Source of the DNA: Lytechinus pictus
Lineage: Eukaryota
Length of the DNA stretch: 64,000 bases
Direction of reading: 5' to 3'
Assembly: GCF_037042905.1 (NCBI RefSeq)
Contig: NC_087250.1
Span: forward strand, 26,786,001 to 26,850,000
Shown here piece by piece: positions 51,532 to 64,000 of the stretch. Below the pieces are notes generated by a model. It did not search any database. It was given only the letters and a program-made list of their open reading frames with translations, and was not told the origin of the DNA. The number at the start of each line of letters is the position of its first letter. Position 1 is the first letter of the stretch. The position numbers and the translations under genes were made by a program.

Positions 51532-52629
51532 CTGCAAAGAAAAGGAATATTTGATGGATTGATCTAAAGATATGAGTTGCACTGTACTAAGTAACTGGTT
51601 TTATTAAGGTGTGGCCAAAGTATTTCCTCTGAAGGAAAACCATGCAATACAGTACAGAAAGTGTAACAGGTAGATAGATTTTGACTGCAATAGCCAAGTG
51701 TAGAATTCATCATGGCTTTGGGAAGCAGTGTAATCACTACTGGTGCTGGTGCTGAAACACCCGCACTATTTTGTGGGGGGGGGGTGCAGTTATTCTCCAC
51801 AAGCAGCACTCCTGGAATTCTGTAAGGTGTGCCAAAATGGAGAAATATAACCAAAATGGCATTCATCTTGTAGTGAAACTGTTTTGGCGGGTTGCTTTTG
51901 CTAGTCACATTTCTCGCGACAGACAAAATGACCTTCACTTTGTAGTGAAGCCTTTTTTGAGGGGCTTGCCCAATTAAAATCAGCACCCCCAGAAAAAAAA
52001 ATCATTCCCAGTGGCCTGGTACTTTAATAACTTTTTTTCATGAAATATATTTTGACCCCTACATGTAACTTCCCAGCCCACCTCGAGGACATGTATCTAC
52101 ATGTAAAAGTCAAGGTGAAAGTCACTTTCAACTTGAAATTCTCCTTATATTACCAAGAGATGACAACCAAAGTATGGGTACTCTATTCTTCCTTTTGAAA
52201 TGAATGAAATCAAGGGGAAAGGTGAAAGGATTGGATTAATGTCATACAAATCCTTTGATGAAAGCCAAATGATCTTTTGTTTCCAATGAAAAGGGAACAA
52301 GAACACAAAATATCAAAGGCTGAAAGTGAGGTGAAAACATCAATTGGGAATTGAGAAAATTATAGTGGTGAATAGCGGCATACAACGCTATCACCTACAT
52401 AGTGTTTGAATTCTTACAAGATCAGTTCCAATCTAATATGGTACTGAAATAAGCATACTGTACAAGTCTAAATATATTCAGAATGCAATTAAAATAAATG
52501 ATTAATTGCCTTTTCTTTTAGAGCTTGTCATTAGATAAAAACGGGCACAACACTAATGCCAATAGCAAGCTGGTATTATAGAAGAACAAAATTGTATCAG
52601 GAGATTAGGGAGGGGGAAGGGGGGGAGGT

Positions 52630-53466
<837 letters not shown>

Positions 53467-56400
53467 TTATTAAGGAAAGCAACTGACAAATACCGATAAA
53501 AATAGGAATTATGAAATTACTATCACTATCAAAACATAAATACCAAATACAGAACATGTATGTGCTCTCTGTATTAAAGGTACACATAATTTCAAGAGAG
53601 CTGTATATCAATTTTCTTTTATCTTTCAATAGTCAAAATTCATTTGGCCAAACCACAAATTTATGTGGTCGGTCATGCTGTTCAATAAATAATAGTTTCT
53701 TGGAATCACATTGGAATTACATGTACATTTATCATTCAGAATTTCATACTTTGCTGATCATCATTCACCCTGCCCAATGTGCATAGAACATTAACTATTA
53801 TAAATGTACAGTACTACACTATGTGTAATTGTGATTTGAAACTTTGTTTGAATTCGGAACAATGTAAATTAAATGTACTTGAACATATTCATGCACTGTT
53901 CATATCTATACATGTATTACAATGCCTGTACGAGTCCCTGTACAATGTACACTGACTGGTATAACGTATGAAGGGATGTACTAAATGAAAAAAATATGAG
54001 AACCTGATGAAGATGATGAGTCACGGTGATTATATTTGAGCAGAGCCTGAGCCAAGACAACTTCATGTTCAACTAAATCTGCTATTTCCTTTTCAAGCAA
54101 ACTTTAATAATAGGACATGCTATATTCAGAGCGGATTTATTTTTAGGTCTTTATAAATTCACATTGCTCCTCAAATTGGCAATACACTACATGTATGATA
54201 GGGGCAAATTAAATTATGATTATATAGACTACCAGCCGTATAATTTACTTTATTTCTTTTAGTATTGTATCTTAACATTGACATCATCATCTCATGTTAT
54301 ATGTATTTGTATGTACTTTGTATCTGTTATTTTATATACGGAAATAAAACAAACAAACAATTATCTCACAATGCTAATGTACATATGTTCAAAATGTCTA
54401 TGTAGACTTTGGTTCCATGACATTTGCTCTGGCGATAATTGCTCCGCTGTTAGTTTCACACACTATCACATTTACCCATTTCAACCCTTGATTTAACACT
54501 ATACATGTACCCTATCCTACATCGACTGTCTCATTTGCATATCACTGAGTTGTGCATATCACTGTTTTGTGAAAAATAGCGAAACTTTAAGATGTCATAA
54601 CTTTCTTATTTTACATCCGATTTTGATGAAATTTTCAGTGTTATGCTAGTTTGATTTTTCTCTACTTATTCAGATCAGAGCAAGGCATCAATGCATAATG
54701 GTCTGACGCCGTGAATAAATAAATTTTCACCTGTTTTTATAACAAAGTGTGTCTGCACATTTTGCAAATAATCCCAAGTTGTCTTAGGATTGCAATCTTA
54801 AAGATTAATCCTGCGAACTAGCGCGATAATTGCACCTCCATTACAAATAATCTCGAGATTGTTCAGATCGGGATAATTAACGATCAGAAATAGCGCGCTA
54901 ATTTTGAAAACTTGGGCTGGTGCAGACGGCCCTTTTGTGGATTCATAGTACAATGCACTTCTGGAAGCAAAGTTTCTATCGGACCGAGTTCACCAACTAA
55001 TGTTTCAAAACACTCACTCGTCCTCATGCTACATATAGGAGTACAAAACCAAGCGTTAATGCATCCTCATTTTTTGTTTGATTTCCTTCTCTGTCAAAGC
55101 AAACTCAATCGCTTCCTTCCTATAACACTCAATACCTATTCTGATCAAACTTGAACGCAATATACATGTTAAACTGTACAGTGCATTGATGCTTCAATGA
55201 ATCAATGTTATTACAGTGTCTCAGGCCAACTTACACGTTCCCGAAAATCAGCAGTACATGACGGTACCGTACTAAAATGCAGGGTGCTACATAAGCACTT
55301 GCCTGATTGCCCGGGGCAAGTAAAAGTTAGAGTCAGGCAAGTGATTTGAAGTAAAGACCAAAACTACTTGCCCAAATTGGGCAAGCAAAATTCTCACAGT
55401 AAAATGACAAAAATTTAGGGTCGATATGATACATGATATTGACCCTAATTTTGGTCGTGACAGGCAAGATAAAATCACTTTGGAAAAAGAAATGTAATAA
55501 CAAGGTAGATCAGTTCATGTCAAAAGAGAGAAAAGGGTCAATAGTTTATAAAACCGCAATACTTTCTTTTGAAGAGGTAAAACTTTTTTTCAGGATTTTT
55601 TTCGGGCAAGTATATTGCCACTATTCAAAAATTTACTTCTAAAAATTTATGAAAATGTGATCTGGTCTTTGCATTGTAGTTATGTACTGTACAGCCTACA
55701 TGTAGTTCTGGTCTTGAAAATGTTCTAAAGAGTAAAGACAATCTGAAAATTGTTTAGAAAATCTGTCTGTCTTGCAGAAAAAAAAAACGGATGCATACAT
55801 AATAGAGGCACACCCATATTTTCCTGAAACATGTGTATTGTTTCTCAAGAAAGTTCTCTTTGTAATAACCTAGGTTTACATGATAGTACAGTACCGGTAA
55901 GTTGAATTCAAAGATAAATGCCAGTAAGTGGTGACAATCTCAGAAATGATTTTGAACAGAATCTAATGAAATGACCACCCAAGCGCTTAAAATGTGTGCC
56001 AAATGGCTCTTGGAAAAAACTGTGTAATTGCTGAGAAATGAACATGGAATTCTATAAAAATGTCAGGTATTTGTATTTTTCCAAGCAATATTAATATTAA
56101 TACATTGTCCCACACATGCCTTTTTGTGTGAGTAATCATCATAATTATCAGTTTTTTCAGCCAAGTTTTAATGATTTCACAAAGATAAATTAATTTCAAT
56201 GTAGCAGATCTACATACTGTATGGCAATCAACCTTGATTTTAAAGGCATTCTCATAAAATGACTATTTGCTGCAACTACTTTCTTTATTAAAAATAATAC
56301 CTTTAAGTTTATAGCATTTTATAGAACGCATGTACCGTACATTTAATTTCATGTTCATGTACATACAGTGTCTGCTACATCCTACACTGTAATATTCAGT

Positions 56401-58574
56401 ACACAGTACATGTGCACACTCTCTTTAGTACAGTTCATGTACTAATTCACCCGTGACAATAGAGCCTACCCGAAGCATGAGTAATTGAATGTCCTGTGTT
56501 AATTGCTGCAGGAAAAAGCGGAAATATTTTCTCAGTGTTTCTCAGTTTCTCAGTGTATAATACCCCAGTCAGGGAAGCGTGCAGGGAAACAAAGCTGACG
56601 CATGCCATGTTAAAGGGGGAGGGGAGCTCCATGTGGGAGAAAAGTAAACAGAATTATTGCAAGTTCTTTGCTCTGTAATTCAAGAAGTAGAATAAAATAT
56701 TCATAAAAGAGCTACATGTAACTACGAACAGTACTGACAGCAAGCGAATCATTCTTGCATTATTAGTATTTGCTATTTGGCTATACACATTCATACTTCT
56801 CCACATTGCTGCCTACATAGTCTCCTTTCAGTCACTGTATGGTACAGAAAATACTGTAGAGTACAGTTTCATATTAATTAACCCAGGGAATAATTTTGCT
56901 TTACAAATTTGAATAGCATTTTTGGTCACAAGAGAAAAGCTCTCAACTATAATGTACAGTCCTACATGTATGTAAAAATATATGTATAAAAAAATGCACA
57001 TGATCCTGGCTTACACTGACATACATGTAGCCTACAATGTACATTATGTAAAACAAATAGTTTTCTGTACGAAGAAGTAACGCTGGGAGTTCTGTCATAA
57101 TCTGATTTAACAATGTCATTGTATTTTAAAGATTAGCAATAGTTTGTGAAAACAGTTTATTTGCATGGTGATGCCATCATATTCATAAAAATTAACTTAA
57201 CAATTAATACAGTGTAGACAGTTGGGCTGTCATGTCCCCATTTTCTCTTCTCTGTACAGTACATTGTCAATTTACCATCACAAGTAATCACTATCTCATA
57301 ATTTTGTATCTCCTTTGTACATGTACCGGGGTAAGTTACAGCATTAAATATCTTACACATTAAATCCCTAGTCACTCCATATGTTTCTATTTCTCTGAAT
57401 CAGACTGAAGATGATTTAGAATATGATTTCTTATAAAATACCTCAAAAAAAAATGTTGGGACATGACATCATCTGCTTGCTTAAATTGCATATTCACGAG
57501 AGAGAACTGTTTCACCGAAATAATACAAAACTTACATGTCATAGCACTGTTATTCCCTATCTAATTTTTATGAAATTAAGTTTTGCTGTCTAATTTTACT
57601 TCATCTGTTCAAATCATTATTTTCAGCCTGGAGTATAAAGTGTATTAAACCCTTTTGCAAGTCCACCCAAACAAATAGTTATTGATAGGAAAAAAATAAA
57701 CTACTTTATAGCATAAAAGTAAAAATTTCATAAGAATCGAATGAAAAATATTAGTTAGGACATCCTAAAAATTTGTTCATTTTTCACAAAACAGTAATAG
57801 GAACAAAGATTCAATGAGAGGGAAAGAATTCACTGACTCATCGACTATAAAATAAGTTTCTTTGCAAATAATTTTATTTCATTTTCATTTCTCGCAGATT
57901 TAATCATGTAAAAACTCTTCATTGATTAACTGTAGCAAATGGCAATTCAACAAGTTCAAGGAGAGACCTTTGTTTCACATTTTAATGAGAAAATAAAAAT
58001 ATTTCATATTTGATATGAAGTTAAAAAAAGAAACAGTGAGGGAGTGACCATCATCCCCTCCCTCATTTGCATACCGGCCAGGATTTGCATACCATACACT
58101 GTACTTCGTACTGTTTTGTGGAATCAAGCAAAACTTTTTTAATTCAATATGACGACCACTTTTTCATGAAACTTTCACCTAAAGCTTGCTTGATTTTTCT
58201 CTGTTTGGGTGGAATTGACCATTAAATGAGAATGAAAACCATGGAACATGTAAGCTTGTGTGTAAGCAGAAAAATCAAAGAGCAAGAGAAACAAAGTTTC
58301 GAGTGAAATCAGACTTTGTAACAATAAGAAAGATTAATATGAACATTTGAATGTTGAGATCACCGTTACTAGGAATATCCTTCCATCGGCAATGTGAACA
58401 AGTTCTGTGATGTCATCAAACATCATTACATGTACACCCCCCTCCCTCTTAGACCCTGGAAAATATATACTCATACATGTATTGATTTTTCTCATTCTAA
58501 TGATAGGACAAACAGGACAATAATATTACTGTGAAACCTCTATTGCAACGTCCTCTCAATGAATAGAACACCAG

Positions 58575-59043
58575 GGGAGTGTTTCATCAACATTTTCATC
58601 TGACAAGTTGTCAGATCTGACAACTTTCCTTGATTTTGATTGGCTGAGAGGCATTGTTCCTATGGTAACTGTCGGATAAAATGGAACTTGTCGGATAAAA
58701 CTTCTGACAAGTCCTTTCATGAAACACTCCCCAGGGCTCCGTAACACAAAGATTAACGATCAATCGCTAAATGAACTGACCAATCAATATCAATGTTACA
58801 CGCGCATGAGGTTTTAAATACTGACCAGGGACCAATCAGTGCAGTTCTTTCACATTTGCAATTCATCGCAAACCTTTGTGTTACGGAGCCCAGGGGGGGC
58901 GTTTCCTGAAAGGACTTGTCAGACGTTTTATCCTACCTGATAAAGTCCTCTTTTATCCAACAGTTACCATAGGAACCAATCAAAATAAAGGAAAGTTGTC
59001 AGATCTAACAACTTGTCAGACTAGAAGATGATGAAAGACTCCA
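58575..59043. mobile_element. Three abutting MITEs (58575-58731, 58735-58890, 58894-59043) separated by CAG
   Basis: Each has its own TIRs; CAG at 58572, 58732, 58891 and 59044. Confidence 0.75.
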
Positions 59044-59129
59044 CAGACTTTGCGACAGACTAGACCAATGAGAATATGGTGGTGATTTTTTTACCTAATT
59101 GCTATTAAAGAAAGCATTCAATGCTTGAG

Positions 59130-59282
59130 AGCAAGCAACCAGAGGGCCAACAGCTTAAGGTCCTCTCCGAGGGACCTAGTAATGAGGATTAATGCCTTAC
59201 CAAAGGGCACTAGCACACTGAGTGGGAATCGATCCCGGGTCAGCGGAATCCGAAACCCCCCTCTTCCGACTGAGCTATCGCG
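59130..59282 (-). mobile_element. tRNA-derived SINE
   Basis: A-box TAGCTCAGTCGG, degenerate B-box GGATCGATTCC, then a non-tRNA body (GTGCCCTTTGGTAAGGCATT...). Confidence 0.7.
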
Positions 59283-60336
59283 AAACGTGTAATGGGGAAA
59301 ATTAAACGTGTGTGACATCATACATGTAGATCTTTAGTCACAATTAAGCACAATGCCAATGGGAAGATCTACATGGTATAGTCATCACAAATATCTACTT
59401 CAAACTAGGTTTAATATTTGGAAAGCAGTTTATATTGGAAACCAGTTAAACATACAAGAGAGGCGCATAGGAGTCTTGGAAGCGATCTTAAATGTTCTTC
59501 CAAACCAATGTTTGCATACAATCAGCAGGCTACATACATGTATGCAAGCATCCTTTAGCAAGGCATTTAATAATCAACACACTTTGCCACTAGTCTGCAG
59601 TCACAGACCTTTGGTTTTCACAATTTGCATTTGATACATTATACAGAGTCTGAAGTGAAGAGACTAGATTCACTCATTTTCACTGTGTACTGTGGCTCGC
59701 TCTATTTTGACACAGACACTAGTCTTAGGAGTCTAGTCTTTGACTTTAGACCTGTTAATGGTTGAAGTATCAAATATGAGTCTGTGCATGCAGACTACTT
59801 TGCCACTCTCCAACCAGGTGGGTGTTTCATAAAACTGTTTGTACAGTTACGCACAACTTTACGCACGACTGGAACCTGTTCTTAGGCGCTAAATCAGTTA
59901 CATAGCGATATCATTTAGCACAATAAATGGTCACCAGTCGTACGTAAAGTCATTCGTAACTTACAAACAGCTTTATGAAATAGTCCACAGGTGTTAAAAT
60001 GGTACCTAATAGGATATGAACTCCTATGATATGGACATGTAGAATACATACTGTACATGTACAAATGATATGTAATTTACGATAGCGTCTTGGAACTCAT
60101 TTTCGGAATGCTCCCATGGGAGTGGAGAAGGTCTTGGTGCATACATTGTGTGCGGGCATGCCACAATCCCATGACCGGCGTGAACAAAGAGTGCTTAGAA
60201 GCATCTTAATGCATTTAATGCTGTACGTACTATTATTGTGATGATCACAATGTACACCTGTACAATTTAACGTATACCCAGCTCTGTGTTTAGAGTATTG
60301 GATTATTTAATTGTATTTTTTTTTTTCAAAGGATAC

Positions 60337-60418
60337 TTGTCTTGCCTGCAGCGTCCAATCCTAGCATAAGAATCCGAAGATCCTTCTTGCCGAAGATCTT
60401 TGAAAGCATTTTACCCAT
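60337..60418 (-). CDS. ARF6: ARF6 coding exon 1; the exon probably extends as 5' UTR to the acceptor at 60736
   Basis: MGKMLSKIFGKKDLRILMLGLDAAGKT plus 1 nt; Gly2 myristoylation site and P-loop. Confidence 0.97.
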
Positions 60419-63239
60419 TTTGAAAGAGTCCTTTATTTCTCTCTTCTTCGATACAAAGAATCTTTTGTCCGTTCCCTGATGCACTCTCAACAATTCACAG
60501 AATGAGAGGATCGACTCTGGTCCTGTTAACTGTTCTTCATGTAGGATTGCAACTCTTCCTTCTTCAAACGTGTAGTCCCATAAACAGTATTCTGTGTGTT
60601 CCTTCTTCAAATGTGTAGTCCCATGCACAGTATTCTGTGAGGGTCAAGACTACTTCCCTTCTGACAACAGTGGTATGTTTTGTTCTTTGAAAGTCTCTTC
60701 CGATGTTCCTTTTTCGTCAGAAAAGAGACTTCATACCTGGCAAGATAAATAACAAAATTTGAAAAAAAGCTCATTACAACAAGCAGAGCAAAATTCAGAA
60801 CATATTGTTATATTATATAATAGTAATTATTTACAACTAAAATTAAAATTTTATGTACGTAATTACTATTTGGTAAATAATTTGTCCATAGCGTGGGTCA
60901 TCGCAGATAATGTGCGCCATCATGGAGCGAGTCAAGCCCATTATATTAAGCATAATAAGTAACCTCAGGTTTGGCTGATTTAAATCACGATTCAAATCAC
61001 CATGATTTTTTTTTTAATCATTGATTTAAATCACTTCCATTGAAACATGTACAAATTATTGACTTTTTTTGTTGAAGCAGTTTGTTGAAGCAGTTTTATT
61101 TTTTTTCACTCAAAAGAAAAAGATTTATAAACTTTATATCAAAACATGAACAAATCCTTCATATTTACTCAGAGCAATTGACATCAAGTCAATAAGATCT
61201 GGGCCCGTTGCAGAAAGAGCTACGATCAAACGCAACTAAAAAAATCTTGCGCAACTTGATTTTCAGTCAATGAAGCACCTGTACTCGGGACTTGTGTTTA
61301 AACGCAACTCTTTCTGCAACAGGCCCCAGGTCGCAACTCTTTCTGCAACGGGCCCCTGATCTTATTGACTGGTTAATCTTTCAAAACTAAAGATGTACTA
61401 CGTAGTGGTCAACACTTAAGACCCCCACTCCACTTTAAAGTAGACTTTAATAGTTACATTTTCCCCGTAAACTTTTTCTTTTCTTGATAGTAAACAAAGT
61501 TCTTGTATCTTTATGTAAAAATCCAAGTCTTTTAGAGGACAGTTTTTAAGAAAATATAAGAGTAAGAAAAGGGTTATTGGCAGTAAGTTCTATTCTGATC
61601 ATTCACAATAGCAAACTGCACTTCAGAACCAAAAATATGTAGAGGAAATTATAAAAGAAACCCTGAACTTAGAACATACATGTATAAGGCATGAATTCCA
61701 TCAGAAATGTTTGCCACGATGGGTTCGACTCAAGGCCTGTTCAGACTTTCTGTATACAATCGTGCTTCATTCAGCTGAGTACAATGAGGAAGGTCCAGTA
61801 ATCAATGTATTACAAATGTAAGCATGCTCTTGGTATAGGACACTAAATCATGGCAACATACATACATTTATAGCGCCCTATGCCAAAAGTGAGCATTTAT
61901 TTTTGTACATTTCTCAGTGAATGTGTTGAATTGAGTGCAATAATACATAGACATGCAAAATCTATGTTTATTCACAAGATACAAGACCTTAAAATTCCTT
62001 TTTAAATGCCACATCAAAATTATGTTAGTAAAAAGATGTAAACGAAGTAGGTTATTTGGAGCAGTCTTTCCTCTTTTTATACCAAAATCATTAAATTTGG
62101 ACGACGCCCAACACTAAACAGGATCAGGCAAGATTTCCATATGCACCCCCCACTAAAATTGAAAATAAAAACATGGAGAAGATTCAAAATAATATCTCTG
62201 ACCTAATATACAACATATATAATGGGGGAGTGGAAATACATACCAAAATATGGCTTTATTCTGTCAAATTTCGCGCAGGATCTAGTGCGTGTAATTGTCC
62301 AGACATCGGTTTATTTTTAGTCAGTAAAGGGTCTATGAGTGACTGTGAGTTAAGACTACATGTAGTCGAACTATCAGCTGATAATTGTTAAAATACCCCT
62401 TCCGGTATCAGCGCTTTTCGCTAGCATAGCGGGAAGAGGTCTTGACTGCAGATAAAACGAGGTGAGTTCGAGTCCCAACTAAGTTTTGTAAGTAAGGTAT
62501 CTTCATGTATAAAGCAACAGTAAAAAAATAATAGAAAAATCTGAAGTGAACAAACTTTAAGTCTCGACAATCTTTTGTTAGTTTTGGTGGGGGGTGCATA
62601 GATAACTCTTTCCCAGGATCATATGTCAGAAATGCATTGAACTTTGATTTTTCCCTCAAAACCATGACAATTTTTGGCTGTGTGAATGCGGTGAAAAGGG
62701 CGATTTTTTTTGCTCTGTGACGTGTGCAGTCACCCTACCATGACTACTAACTACTACTACTAGTACTACTAGTAGTACTACAGCCTGTAATACCAGTGGG
62801 AAGATCTCAATTTTCTTCTGACCACCACCTCTAAATTCAATCTAATGGCTGCTCGATCTAGTATTGTATTTCTAATTTCTAATAATAAAGTTAACGACAG
62901 AACATTGACTTTTGTCTTTAATTAAATTAAGTTGAAAGTTTATGGCAATATGGGACGGTCTACGAGTACAACTACGGTACGGCCGGGTCTGGTTTTCAAA
63001 TTACACTTGCGTTAAGTTGCATGCGGCCTTGCGGGTAACAACACTACTTTAGTCTAGACTTAATTCATGTTATTTCTTGAATACTGTATCACGAAAACGT
63101 GTGGGGTTTAGCCGAAGTGCGTGCATTAAAAATCGCACGCATCAATGAGGGAGATGACTTATCACACAGCTCACCTTATTCACACACACAGCTCACGTCA
63201 CCCGACGTCTCTGTAACTTTCAGTACACGAACGTGCCGC

Positions 63240-63480
63240 AAGCATACACTACCGACTTCCGGGAATAAAATAAGTCCCTAATTCAATCACCAACATTCAT
63301 CAAACGCTTAATAGAACATAAATTACGTCTTATTTACCTCAAATGTCCTTAAGCGAAACATTGTGACGACGATGGACAAGAGTCGAATGCAGAAAAAGTA
63401 ACGTTTGACACTTTCTTTTCATTCATCGAGCACGGGAAGTAAATTATACGCGCGCGGTGAGTGAAACCGCAGTACAAAGC
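63240..63480 (-). promoter_or_regulatory. Candidate ARF6 promoter and non-coding first exon (donor at 63338/63337)
   Basis: Local CpG enrichment, Ets-like GGAAGT motifs, donor GAG|GTAAAT. Confidence 0.4.
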
Positions 63481-64000
63481 ATAATATTTGAGCGATTAAA
63501 AATAAAGTTCTCATTGAAGCTGAGATATTTTGCATTATTTCCTGAATTAAAGTAGATTATGTGAGTTTATATTCATAATAAAAATAACAACTTAACTTAT
63601 ATTTTTTATTGTTGGAGCAAAGAAACAAATTTTCATGAAATCTTTAAAAAGTACATGAATACATATCAGCTTTGAAGTGAATTGTCATGGGCGTGGTGAC
63701 GTTATCAACAGGCTCGTTCCAAAATTATTGGTAAAATGTAAGTCCCACATGTTGAGAATTGTGTATTTAATTGATAAGAAATTCATTATTAGGATTTTTT
63801 CGCAATTATTTTATGCTAAAAAGTTTACAAATTGTCTACATTCTGAAGCATGAAGTAAGGATATTTTGCAAATAAGCTCCGATATTTGTAATTTTGAGCG
63901 TTTGATTAAATCCGATTCATGGCGGGAATTCCCCCTCAAAGACGACGCAGGCGCAGGTACAGGTGTACGTATATGTGCACTTCCCAAGTATGTGAAAGAG

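Noticed and set aside
51223..51582. 119-aa ORF as a standalone truncated ARF gene
   Set aside because: Only 51333-51531 is exonic; the rest is intron read-through.
59205..59282. tRNA gene
   Set aside because: Degenerate B-box and stems, and it continues into a SINE body.

Overview
AT-rich eukaryotic DNA from a marine invertebrate; the repeat types suggest a sea urchin (inference). The right third holds a complete 4-coding-exon ARF6 gene on the minus strand (175 aa), whose first coding intron has minor-spliceosome (U12) signals. The left ~34 kb is a nest of transposons that can largely be taken apart by their target-site duplications. It contains: the spliced C-terminus of a Chapaev/Transib/RAG1-like transposase; a 9.1-kb TA-flanked CCCAG...CTGGG element with very large phased subterminal arrays; a 2.9-kb CAC...GTG element with a 4-bp TSD; and a 13.8-kb P-like element (29-bp TIR, 8-bp TSD). 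One TIR of the P-like element is split by a 7.6-kb gag-only LTR element whose LTRs are identical in one half and clearly diverged in the other. Removing two of the insertions restores the N-terminus of a DIRS-type tyrosine recombinase pseudogene. Also present are two HINE/pearl-like elements, many MITEs and SINEs, a probable GST-C-like pseudo-exon and CTCF-like motifs. All comparisons were made by eye; family assignments rest on terminal and TSD signatures and on protein motifs, not on database searches.
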